A stretch of 64,000 nt of DNA, taken from assembly GCA_031261345.1 (NCBI GenBank), contig JAISKC010000063.1:7490-71489 (forward strand). Direction: 5' to 3'. The notes below the pieces were generated by a model that saw nothing but the letters and a program-made list of their open reading frames with translations, searched no databases and was not told the DNA's origin. Position numbers and translations under genes: made by a program. This stretch comes from Eubacteriales Family XIII. Incertae Sedis bacterium. GTDB lineage: Bacteria; Bacillota; Clostridia; Peptostreptococcales; Anaerovoracaceae. Below, piece by piece: positions 1-8,460 of the stretch (its first letter is position 1; every line of letters starts with the position of its first letter).

Positions 1-261
1 TCGCCGCAAATATTTATAGCAAGGATCAGATTTGTAATTAGGTAAATAATGTTTTAGCCATATAATAGCAGCAGATGTATCCTTACTGAAAAACGCATCC
101 AAATCATACAACTGTTGTGCACTCAAATCTTTGGTGAGGTGCCTATCAATTCGATTGTCAAGTTCATCACTGAACTCCTGTAACAAGTCTTTTATTTCAC
201 TCTCGGAATCTCCTGTTAATTCTATTTTGTTAATCAAACTACGATTTATTCTGACATTCAC
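1..261 (-). CDS. hypothetical protein, N-terminal part only (runs off left edge)
   Basis: Open minus-strand frame from GTG 261..259 to the window edge. AGAGGA lies about 9 nt upstream and the frame is preceded by in-frame TAA TAG. It is absent from the ORF track because it is truncated. No motif recognised. Confidence 0.3.
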   Translation of the reverse strand, partial: MNVRINRSLINKIELTGDSESEIKDLLQEFSDELDNRIDRHLTKDLSAQQLYDLDAFFSKDTSAAIIWLKHYLPNYKSDPCYKYLRR

Positions 262-399
262 TATGCAAATCCTCTATTATTTATAGGTATAGCCACATAA
301 ATATGATAATTTATTAAAATATCAAAATGGAAAAACTGCTCCACATATATTTGTGAAGCAGTCCGAAAGTCTTGAAATTATTTATTGGACTATCTATCT

Positions 400-1866
400 T
401 TAGTCGTGCCTCAGAATGACTAATTGAAATTCACCGTTATCAATGAGATCATCCAGATGCTTATCATCATCGACATCTCCTCTATAACCATCTATTATTA
501 GCAACGTATCTTTCTTATGACCAAATAAAATACGCATTTTATAGCCATATAAAGCTTCCTTACTCATGTCATCCTTTAAAATACTATTTTCAACAGATAG
601 TTCTGAGACAATAGTATCCATTATTGAATCACGAAAAGGCAGCCAATAAACTGCATTGTATTTACTTCGACTATTTCTGATGTATTCCTTAAATAAATTA
701 CGTTTGACTTCATAATCGGAGGCGGGAACAATTACACATCTATTTTGTTGGAGTTTTTTCTTTATATTTATCAACTCATTTGAATGTGTTCTCTTCTTAA
801 GCGCTATAGATTCGATCTCATTACCAAAGAACTCTCTTTGCAAGCTGAGTTCATGAAGTCTACTAAACATATTAATCAGTGTATCAATATCTTGACACCG
901 ACACGAAGGTGCTGGCTCAAGTGTGGCGGATAGAATTTCTTTTACAATGCCAACGCAACGGTGATCAACATTTTCAAGATACCGATTGTCCGAACCCAAA
1001 TTCCAGTTGCCACCGGAAAACAGGATATCGTTGTTTACATCTAAATTGCGATTGGTTAAGAGCCAAAAGAAGACAGCTCCAATCGAAAACAAATCTGTGA
1101 CTTCCGTGATGTCCTTATGTCTGCCAGTTTGCCTTTGTTCAGGTGCCGCCCATTCACTAGAAAAAGAAAGAAATGCGTAGTTTCCATCTTTAATGTCGGA
1201 TACTTTCTGTATCGAATCAAAATCAAAAATGAAAACTATATTTGTGTTTTTTACTTTCAATATATTAGCTGGTTTTATATCAAGATGAACATAGTGATTG
1301 TCGGTTTTATGGTATCGCCTAATTGCCATTGATAAAGATAACATTATTTCGCTAATATCCGTTATCGTTTTAATTTCATCTCTACATTTATTGAGTGGGA
1401 TTCCCTCTGATGATTCCATGACAATATATTCTGTATTGTTACCAGAGAGTATATCTACAGGCGTTATTGTTTGATTTTGATGAACGCGCTCCATATTGGA
1501 ATGAATAATGTATCCATTGAGAAAACGTTTTCGACCTTTCTCAAAAGCGTCTCTTGCTGAATCAGCTATGGTAAGTGTGCCATCTTTCTCTCTTTTTATA
1601 GAATTAACCAGTTGAGAAGGGTAATATTCTTTTATGACCTGAATATGAGGAGCTTCAAGAACCTCATCTCGATATCGCACACTTTCAATTCGTTCTGCTT
1701 TGTAGACAATAGAACTTCCACCTTGACCAAGTACGTCGGTAATTCTGTATTTCATTTTTACTTTTGCACCATCGTCGTCAAAATCATGTAGCAACAGATT
1801 GTAATCAATAGGTAACTCTGCTTTTTCTACATTATCAAACGAGGAAAGTAAGCTATATATGTCCAT
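400..1866 (-). CDS. Hanks-type Ser/Thr protein kinase with an uncharacterised ~150-aa C-terminal domain
   Basis: Kinase motifs present: G-loop GQGGSSIVYKAE, VIKE lysine, catalytic loop HLDIKPANIL, DFD(S) in place of DFG, and AAPE. The C-terminal part (CVIVPASDYEV...TLLIIDGYRGD) looks like a P-loop-less NTPase-like remnant. Confidence 0.8.
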   Translation of the reverse strand: MDIYSLLSSFDNVEKAELPIDYNLLLHDFDDDGAKVKMKYRITDVLGQGGSSIVYKAERIESVRYRDEVLEAPHIQVIKEYYPSQLVNSIKREKDGTLTIADSARDAFEKGRKRFLNGYIIHSNMERVHQNQTITPVDILSGNNTEYIVMESSEGIPLNKCRDEIKTITDISEIMLSLSMAIRRYHKTDNHYVHLDIKPANILKVKNTNIVFIFDFDSIQKVSDIKDGNYAFLSFSSEWAAPEQRQTGRHKDITEVTDLFSIGAVFFWLLTNRNLDVNNDILFSGGNWNLGSDNRYLENVDHRCVGIVKEILSATLEPAPSCRCQDIDTLINMFSRLHELSLQREFFGNEIESIALKKRTHSNELINIKKKLQQNRCVIVPASDYEVKRNLFKEYIRNSRSKYNAVYWLPFRDSIMDTIVSELSVENSILKDDMSKEALYGYKMRILFGHKKDTLLIIDGYRGDVDDDKHLDDLIDNGEFQLVILRHD

Positions 1867-1950
1867 ACGTTTTGCTCCTTAACTAATTATACCTTACAAG
1901 CGTTGTAAATATCAGGATTTTTATAAAGTCACCCATTATTTGCACTCCTC

Positions 1951-1959
1951 TGATATAAT
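1951..1959 (+). promoter_or_regulatory. putative extended -10 promoter (TGaTATAAT) for the 389-aa gene
   Basis: TGATATAAT lies about 50 nt upstream of GTG 2011. There is no good -35 element. Confidence 0.3.
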
Positions 1960-2010
1960 ATATCTGGAAACTATATTTATTGGAAATTTCACTCCAGAGG
2001 GGGCTACGCA

Positions 2011-3180
2011 GTGCCGAATTTCAACACAATCGAAAAGGAGAAATATCTTCTACAAAATAGAGATCTTGGAACAGATGATGTAATTGCCTATATTACAGAT
2101 GAGCATAACTTCCTTTCGTTTTCAGAAAGCTTGAAACGATTGATATTAAAGGATGATCCTGCTGCCGAAGTTCTATGGAATGAAGATGTAATACATTTAC
2201 TCTTCGATAAGTTTGACAATGCAGGAATTGAGTATCTTGAGGATACTATCAGAGATTGGGTGAATAAGAACGCCAGACCAAAGAAAGAAGAAGGATATGG
2301 TATTAAACTGTGCTTTGCTTTCGATGGCTTTAAGGGGAATCCTGAGAGTGCAGATGATTTTCTACAACGAGACTGCTACCTTGATGGTCTAAGTCCTAGA
2401 GAACCAAATGAAATAATTGTTTGGCACAGTATAGCAAAATCATATACGTATGAGCAATGCGAAGAACTAATATCTCAATATAACGATGCGATATACGGAA
2501 TTACTCCTGCCGAAGCAGACAGATATGAAAGCATCCACACCAAAGTACTGGTGTCAAAATTCTTCTCAAATTCTGCCAAGAAAAACGATGATACGCTTAT
2601 CTCGGATCTTGTCGATTTTTATTCCACAGGAAAATTTGGCAGATACAGAAAGACCGCACACTATTTTTTCACGCAAGATAAAGAACAGATATTGAATGAT
2701 ATGGAAACATATGATGATAATGACAATAAAAGAGTGTCTTACCGTAAGCTGATGAATCTATTGTTTCCTCGCCCAGAAAGAAAGAAAAAGTGTGGCATTT
2801 CTGATGATCAGCAACCAAAAGGCATAGGCGAACCCCGGTCATATAAAGAATCAAAATTCCCCAAAGACATTTACAAAGGTATACCGAACAAAGGTGATCT
2901 CAGTAATTTTGAAAAAGGAAAAGTACCAGTAAGTCGCAAGGCTCTAATTCTATTGTATTTCTCCGTGTATTCTCAGCAAATTTGGACTGATAATGAAGGA
3001 TGGACTATGAAGCAGTGGTTTGATGATTTTCGTACGAAAATGAATATGCGTCTTTCACAGTCCGGAATGTACGAACTATATCATGGAAACCCCTTTGATA
3101 TGATGATCATGTTCTGCGCATACTCCGAAGAACCAGATTACTTCTTTGAAGATTTAATTCAACGTGCTTATAATTGTTGA
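2011..3180 (+). CDS. hypothetical protein (389 aa)
   Basis: Long ORF with a GTG start and AGAGGGGG 8 nt upstream. It is divergent from the kinase gene and converges on the APH-like gene with only a 3-nt gap. No motif recognised. Confidence 0.6.
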   Translation: MPNFNTIEKEKYLLQNRDLGTDDVIAYITDEHNFLSFSESLKRLILKDDPAAEVLWNEDVIHLLFDKFDNAGIEYLEDTIRDWVNKNARPKKEEGYGIKLCFAFDGFKGNPESADDFLQRDCYLDGLSPREPNEIIVWHSIAKSYTYEQCEELISQYNDAIYGITPAEADRYESIHTKVLVSKFFSNSAKKNDDTLISDLVDFYSTGKFGRYRKTAHYFFTQDKEQILNDMETYDDNDNKRVSYRKLMNLLFPRPERKKKCGISDDQQPKGIGEPRSYKESKFPKDIYKGIPNKGDLSNFEKGKVPVSRKALILLYFSVYSQQIWTDNEGWTMKQWFDDFRTKMNMRLSQSGMYELYHGNPFDMMIMFCAYSEEPDYFFEDLIQRAYNC

Positions 3181-3183
3181 GGT

Positions 3184-4023
3184 CTAATGCGCATTAAAGT
3201 AGTTTTCATAAAATTTGCGTTCTGCAGAAGACACAACCCCATTAACTGCTCTATTTAATAGGCGTATAATCAACCATCCATTAATTTTATTTACATATCC
3301 CCGTTTCGAAAGTCCCTCTGTAGCTATGTTTATCCATTCAGTTGCAGCTCCAATTTCACCATCTTCTATCATTGCACCTGCCATTGTTGCAATATCAAAT
3401 GACAACGGTCCATATCTAATGGCCTCAAGATCGATTAAGCATACACCCTTGTCGTTACTAATCAAGACATTGTTGGGTGTAAACGAACCGTGAATTAGCA
3501 CCGAAGGCTCATCCATTATCGTGCCAGTATCGATAAAGTTAATCATCTCACGTAGTGAGAATAATGATTCCGTTTCCATAATGCTACTAATAATCATTGG
3601 TATATTCGGCTTCAGAGAGAACAGATGGTCGGTTCCCGGTATTTCTTGGATATCAATTTTGCAAAGGCTAAATTGATGCAGGGAATCAGAAACCGATTGG
3701 AATGTGGTTTCATCACTTGAATTCATTTCATTCGAAGGGAAGTCCTTTGTAACTAGATAAGGGGTGCTGTCTTTTAGGGAACCTGATGCAATAATTTCAG
3801 GCACAGATGCAATACCTTGTAACTGAAAAAGGGCAGAAGCTTCTCTTTCGATACCAGCAAATACACTATGTGATTTTTCGAATTTCACCCATACATTTGA
3901 ACCATAATCCAACTCAAATTTCCAAGATTCATGCCGCTGATCAATCTCTGGACAGACTCCGTTACGGAGAAAAAACCCTTGCGTTGATAGTATCTCAACC
4001 AACTCCAAATATCTAATATCCAT
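3184..4023 (-). CDS. aminoglycoside-phosphotransferase/choline-kinase-fold protein with a substituted catalytic Asp
   Basis: APH-fold core LIHGSFTPNNVLISNDKGVCLIDLEAIRYGPLSFDIA. The Brenner motif reads HGS rather than HGD. The ATG overlaps the ATP-grasp stop (TAATG). Confidence 0.7.
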   Translation of the reverse strand: MDIRYLELVEILSTQGFFLRNGVCPEIDQRHESWKFELDYGSNVWVKFEKSHSVFAGIEREASALFQLQGIASVPEIIASGSLKDSTPYLVTKDFPSNEMNSSDETTFQSVSDSLHQFSLCKIDIQEIPGTDHLFSLKPNIPMIISSIMETESLFSLREMINFIDTGTIMDEPSVLIHGSFTPNNVLISNDKGVCLIDLEAIRYGPLSFDIATMAGAMIEDGEIGAATEWINIATEGLSKRGYVNKINGWLIIRLLNRAVNGVVSSAERKFYENYFNAH

Positions 4024-5033
4024 TAATTCTTGTTGCTACCATTGGCCAAACGTGATAGTTCAGTTGCTATTGCACAACCTATTGGTAGCCCTGCTAACTC
4101 CTCAAGCCATGCCCACTGTCCATTAGGATTTATTTCGAAGAAAACCCATTCATCATCTTGCGTTACAGCCAAGTCAACGGTTGCAAAAACTAAACCGTAG
4201 CTATTTACAAACTCAGCCAGAGCATTTCTAACTTTTTGCGGAACAATTATCGGTTCGTGCGGAACATTATCGAAATCATAATGTCTCCAATCAAGTTGCG
4301 TCTTCTCCGAAGCTTGAGAATCAATTTTGCATGCAAAAAAATTTTCTCCTACGATTACAACTCTCACTTCGAATTTTTTCGTTATTTTCTCCTGATATAT
4401 TGCCGGTGCAGATAATATCTGTTCGTCAGAGATTTTTTCTTGATTGAAATTCTGAGTGAAAATCATATATTGCTTATCGAAGCTATCGACCAATGGTGTC
4501 CCCGGAGTAATGACTTTTGTTATGAGACCATTTGGAGATGAATCTGCAAATGATTGAACCTCCTGGGGCCGACATGAACACAAAGTAGCAGGTATTTTCA
4601 AACCGTACGATAGAGCTCGATTCAGTTGTTGCACCTTTGGCTTTGCTAATGCTTGAGCATATGTGCTATTTATCCAATCAGAATGAATGAAAGATAGCCC
4701 ATTTTCAAGAAGAGCTATCTTTTGTTCACGAATGTATTGATCGGCCAATCTATCTCCAGTGCCAGTGTCAGGACTCATGGGCGATACTATTCTTCGCCTA
4801 TTCCAAACACAGCCAACTTGACTGGGCAAAACAACCTTTCCTGAATCAACTACATACTCAACATGTGTATGCTTCTCGCCGGAAGCCTCTATGATAATAT
4901 TTGTCTTTTCACCAAGCAAATCAGTCGTCAATAGCTCCCAGCTTTGACCCAGTCGGTCAAGTTGTTTTGTCACAAATGGCAAATGAGAATCTACTGCAAA
5001 AGTTACGAGTAAAACTGTTTGTGGCTCAGTCAT
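4023..5033 (-). CDS. MvdC/MvdD-type ATP-grasp peptide macrocyclase (graspetide ligase)
   Basis: 336 aa and collinear with the microviridin ligase MvdD as I recall it: VLLVTF..D at the N-terminus, CVWNRR, DWRHYD, and FFEINPNGQWAWLE near the C-terminus. The start overlaps the upstream small ORF by 8 nt. Confidence 0.8.
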   Translation of the reverse strand: MTEPQTVLLVTFAVDSHLPFVTKQLDRLGQSWELLTTDLLGEKTNIIIEASGEKHTHVEYVVDSGKVVLPSQVGCVWNRRRIVSPMSPDTGTGDRLADQYIREQKIALLENGLSFIHSDWINSTYAQALAKPKVQQLNRALSYGLKIPATLCSCRPQEVQSFADSSPNGLITKVITPGTPLVDSFDKQYMIFTQNFNQEKISDEQILSAPAIYQEKITKKFEVRVVIVGENFFACKIDSQASEKTQLDWRHYDFDNVPHEPIIVPQKVRNALAEFVNSYGLVFATVDLAVTQDDEWVFFEINPNGQWAWLEELAGLPIGCAIATELSRLANGSNKN

Positions 5034-5190
5034 CAGGTGTGAATTCTTTTACCGGACTTGTTGTCGTAGCTATGCAAGTAGTAGTTCCCTTGCACTTAAT
5101 AGACTCCACATCCGGATATTCCCTATTCTCATAGAGAAAAGGAAGTATACTTTCTGGCTCTTCTACGACAATATTTTCGTTCACATTCAT
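5026..5190 (-). CDS. 54-aa candidate graspetide precursor peptide (not in the ORF track)
   Basis: My own translation is MNVNENIVVEEPESILPFLYENREYPDVESIKCKGTTTCIATTTSPVKEFTPDD. GGGAGGG lies 7 nt before the ATG. The leader has an LPFLYE motif resembling the microviridin PFFARFL. The tail is Thr/Ser/Lys-rich and ends in acidic E..DD. The stop overlaps the ATP-grasp ATG. Confidence 0.7.
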   Translation of the reverse strand: MNVNENIVVEEPESILPFLYENREYPDVESIKCKGTTTCIATTTSPVKEFTPDD

Positions 5191-5234
5191 AATAAGACCC
5201 TCCCACTCAAAAATACTATTGCTTTAATTTTTCA

Positions 5235-5263
5235 ATTATAGAACAGATATCGTTCATTTTCAA
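5235..5263 (-). promoter_or_regulatory. sigma-A-type promoter for the precursor/ATP-grasp module
   Basis: Minus strand reads TTGAAA (5263..5258), an exact 17-nt spacer, then TATAAT (5240..5235). It sits about 45 nt upstream of the precursor ATG. Confidence 0.7.
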
Positions 5264-5299
5264 CCATCTATGCACCATACTTGTGTATGATATCTTCAA

Positions 5300-6085
5300 T
5301 TATTGATAATCCGTAATTATTCTTCTAAGTTCCGTCACCAAAAGAACTGCGGATAAGGGGTTTGGTCTGATTGACAATGCATCAGCAGGTGTATCGTCAC
5401 CCATCCCATTTAGTAGCAAATTTGCCGGATGCCCCGTGTATCTTATCACCTGATTATATACGTCTTTTTCCTTGCATATAATCATTCCGCATTCACCAAT
5501 ATCTATCTGCTTGTTGGGACCAAAACTAAATACGGCAAAATCACCAGTGGTACCACACAATTTGTTTCGATATTTGACCATAAAACTCTGCGAGCAATCT
5601 TCTATTATTTTGACATCAGGTCTATTTATTCTGCCCAATACTCTTTTAATTTTCAAGACATCCACAGGAATAGCATTGTAGTGTGTTGCCACTATAGATT
5701 TTGTTTTGGTTGAAATCAATTCTTCGATTTCATTCACGTTCACTATATTCTTTGCATTGACAGGCGCATATATAGGCTTTGCTCCAAGCGAAACAATCGC
5801 CGCCTCCGAAGCTATCCAATCCACTTCTGGGATTATTACTTCATCGTCTATCCCAACACCAGATACTTGCATGCAAACTCGAAGACCATAGGAAGCAGAA
5901 GGTATTAATCTTGCATATTGACACCCATATAGCTGACACAACAAGGATTCTGATTCCTTGACAGCTCCACTGCCCAATATTTGGCTCGTGTTTCCTAATG
6001 AGTATTCATTTTCTATTTTCAGATATTCAATATATGATTGAATCGCGCCCTCAAGCCATTTCTTATCAGGGTGATATTTATCCAT
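5300..6085 (-). CDS. DegT/DnrJ/EryC1/StrS-family PLP-dependent enzyme (short form)
   Basis: IIEDCSQSF...GDFAVFSFGPNKQIDIGECGMII matches the DegT-family active-site lysine region. I prefer ATG 6085 (4 nt after the AAA+ stop) over the track's TTG 6103. At ~261 aa it is shorter than typical family members (~370 aa). Confidence 0.65.
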   Translation of the reverse strand: MDKYHPDKKWLEGAIQSYIEYLKIENEYSLGNTSQILGSGAVKESESLLCQLYGCQYARLIPSASYGLRVCMQVSGVGIDDEVIIPEVDWIASEAAIVSLGAKPIYAPVNAKNIVNVNEIEELISTKTKSIVATHYNAIPVDVLKIKRVLGRINRPDVKIIEDCSQSFMVKYRNKLCGTTGDFAVFSFGPNKQIDIGECGMIICKEKDVYNQVIRYTGHPANLLLNGMGDDTPADALSIRPNPLSAVLLVTELRRIITDYQ

Positions 6086-6089
6086 GGAT

Positions 6090-7769
6090 TTATGCAATTG
6101 CAATTAATTCTCGAATTCTTTGTTCCAACTTGACTTGGTCAATATTGCCATAATCGTCCAATATGTTTCTGATATATTCTGCTGGAGAAGTATTTTCAAC
6201 AATCCATGGTAGATAGCGCCTAGATGATGTGTATTTCAATGCGTTTAATACTTGCAATTCCTCTCTTGGACCGAATGGGTGCAAGAAATTATCCAAGGCT
6301 TCTGTAAATTCGAATTCTGTAATAGTAGTCTTTCCCACTTCATTTGCAATAATATTTGCTTCGTCTATAATGCCAACAATTTGGCGACCCGACACTTTTT
6401 TGTTTGCTTTTGAAAAGGCATTGATTATTCCAGTCGAATCAATTTGAATATTAGCTCTTTCTGCAACCTTCTCCGCAATGCTAGCCTTCTCTTCAGGAGA
6501 ATCAGCCTCCAAAACAGGTAACACTTTCAATCTACTTCCCGCGAAAGCACTATCAATGAGCTCCGGTTTGTTGGATAGACCTATTAGCGATATTCCATTA
6601 TTGCTACCTGTGTCTCCAAGCCACTCCAGCAAAATACCTCTAAGGGCATTATCAGTTTCTGAGCTTTCAGTTCTGGAGTTCGTTCTCTCCCCAAAACCTT
6701 GGCTTTCGCACTCATCCACTATCACAAGAATTGGTGCCATACTTTCAATAATGGAAATTACTCTTCTCAGTTTCCTTTCACTTTCGCCATACCACTTGTC
6801 TTTTACTGCAGACAAAGAAACAGCCGGCACACCCATTTCCCGCGCTATTGCAACGCTTACGTAGGTTTTTCCTGTCCCGGGAGGACCTACAAGAAGAAGC
6901 CTCAAAGTTTTCCCTTTCATATCATTTACATACTTTTTGACGTTTTCCATCCCAGCAACATCTCTGTTTAAATCTGTGTCTTCTGTACGCACAAAAAGCA
7001 TTCCTTGTGCTGCCTCATTTATCAAATTCACCTTAAATTCGACAACATCACTAATTTTCAAAGGATTCTCCCTACTCGTCAATTTCCGAAGCCTAGATAT
7101 CGCATCTATTGTAAAGCCACCTGTGCTATTTGCAAGTTGATTGATATCAACTTCAGGAGAGCAGACAATTGGAGGCTTTGCAGTTGCCGCACCCATTATG
7201 GTTATCGCCTCCCTTCTCTCATCAACCCCAGGGAGTCTTAAGGATACCGACTGAATACCGATTGACTGCAAAACCGTTGAATCTATATCGTCCGTTCTGG
7301 AGATTAGTATAATTTGATGCCCCTGATTGTTCCATCTACTATCTGTAGTGGCACGACTAACAATATACTCTCGAATTGTTGAGGAGGATGGTTCATCTAT
7401 GCCACCTTGGCAAGGCATAATGTGCTCAGCAAAATCGAAGATGATTGTTGTCCTTCCTGCGCCTTCCCTCTCAAGGTTTCTAAAAATGCCAGTGATTACT
7501 TCAATTGGGCTTCTGAGATTGTCCCTATCGTCTTGTAGTTCAGAAAGCACATCCTCATTTCCAGTGACAATATTTTCAATTCCTCGCTCAAATGAATAGT
7601 AAACAGCAGGAATACCTTGAAATTCCGATTCCTCGGCGATAATCCTTCGAATCGGAACTAGGTGTCCTCCGTAAATAAACAAATCACTTGTATTGGAAGT
7701 AAAATTCAACACAGTATTTGTTTTTAATGCATCGCTGAAGCTTTTTACAATAACATCTGTTCTACTCAT
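6090..7769 (-). CDS. AAA+ ATPase (classical clade) with a degenerate N-terminal AAA-like lobe
   Basis: Walker A LLLVGPPGTGKT, Walker B ILVIVDECES, and a second-region-of-homology-like GLSNKPELIDSAF. The N-terminal ~270 aa keeps Walker-B-like TTIIFDFAE and LPGVDERREAI but has no P-loop. Confidence 0.85.
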   Translation of the reverse strand: MSRTDVIVKSFSDALKTNTVLNFTSNTSDLFIYGGHLVPIRRIIAEESEFQGIPAVYYSFERGIENIVTGNEDVLSELQDDRDNLRSPIEVITGIFRNLEREGAGRTTIIFDFAEHIMPCQGGIDEPSSSTIREYIVSRATTDSRWNNQGHQIILISRTDDIDSTVLQSIGIQSVSLRLPGVDERREAITIMGAATAKPPIVCSPEVDINQLANSTGGFTIDAISRLRKLTSRENPLKISDVVEFKVNLINEAAQGMLFVRTEDTDLNRDVAGMENVKKYVNDMKGKTLRLLLVGPPGTGKTYVSVAIAREMGVPAVSLSAVKDKWYGESERKLRRVISIIESMAPILVIVDECESQGFGERTNSRTESSETDNALRGILLEWLGDTGSNNGISLIGLSNKPELIDSAFAGSRLKVLPVLEADSPEEKASIAEKVAERANIQIDSTGIINAFSKANKKVSGRQIVGIIDEANIIANEVGKTTITEFEFTEALDNFLHPFGPREELQVLNALKYTSSRRYLPWIVENTSPAEYIRNILDDYGNIDQVKLEQRIRELIAIA

Positions 7770-7778
7770 TTTTTTCTC

Positions 7779-8444
7779 CTATACTGTGAGTTTTCCTTTT
7801 ACGGCCTTATTTTTCCCTTTTACAGTCGTCTTGCTCTTCTGCGAGACAACATCATCCGTTTTAAATTGCTTCCCCCTTGTTTCGGGAACCAAAAGAATCC
7901 CCTCTTCAAGCGAGATATTCTTTTCTCGGGCAATTGTGGCCCCTACTGCAACCAGACCTCCACCTTTAGTGTCTCTATGAGGGACATGCTTTGTTTTCTT
8001 CAGCTTGATACCGTTTTCCTCAATCTTGTCCTCAAACTCCTTTTGCTTTGCTTCACAGGAGGAGTCGGACAGACCAACCCAGTCCGTTTTTATACTTCCA
8101 GCATTCTCAACAAGAACGAAGACCGACTCGTGATTTTTCGTTGCTCCAATAACATAATTATCATTTTCATTTCTAACAATATTTGTAATGTTGAAATCGA
8201 GACTTTGCAGAGAATCCTGAACAATGAATGACGTAACCAATGATGTTACCTGCGTTGATGTCAAATCGAGACTGCCGCCATTTGATAGCAAATTACTGAC
8301 CTCCGTTTTAAGTGTTGTTGCTTCTCCTAGCAAAGTGATATTTTTGGTTTTCAAACTCTCGTTTTCTGTTGCGACTAAATTCTTTACGCAAACATCTGTC
8401 AATAGTGTGTCAAGTGAAACTGCTACTGAATCATATGTACTCAT
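7779..8444 (-). CDS. hypothetical protein (221 aa, Lys-rich C-terminal tail)
   Basis: ATG 8444 is preceded by AGGAGGAG, and the longer track start is rejected. It sits 16 nt after the upstream stop and 9 nt before the AAA+ start. No motif recognised. Confidence 0.6.
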   Translation of the reverse strand: MSTYDSVAVSLDTLLTDVCVKNLVATENESLKTKNITLLGEATTLKTEVSNLLSNGGSLDLTSTQVTSLVTSFIVQDSLQSLDFNITNIVRNENDNYVIGATKNHESVFVLVENAGSIKTDWVGLSDSSCEAKQKEFEDKIEENGIKLKKTKHVPHRDTKGGGLVAVGATIAREKNISLEEGILLVPETRGKQFKTDDVVSQKSKTTVKGKNKAVKGKLTV

Positions 8445-8460
8445 AATTTCTACTCCTCCT

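Noticed and set aside
3184-5190. A lanthipeptide-like reading of the module (Cys plus Ser/Thr-rich core with a kinase-fold protein).
   Set aside because: There is no LanB/LanM/LanKC dehydratase, lyase or LanC cyclase domain. The kinase-fold protein lacks the catalytic Asp. The adjacent enzyme is clearly an MvdD-type ATP-grasp.
4023-7769. A Pup-like protein-tagging idea: a small peptide with an acidic C-terminus, plus a ligase and an AAA+ unfoldase.
   Set aside because: The ligase matches macrocyclising graspetide ATP-grasps rather than PafA/GS-like ligases. The peptide has its own promoter, separating it from the AAA+ operon. No proteasome or depupylase-like gene is present. The idea is kept only as a remote alternative.
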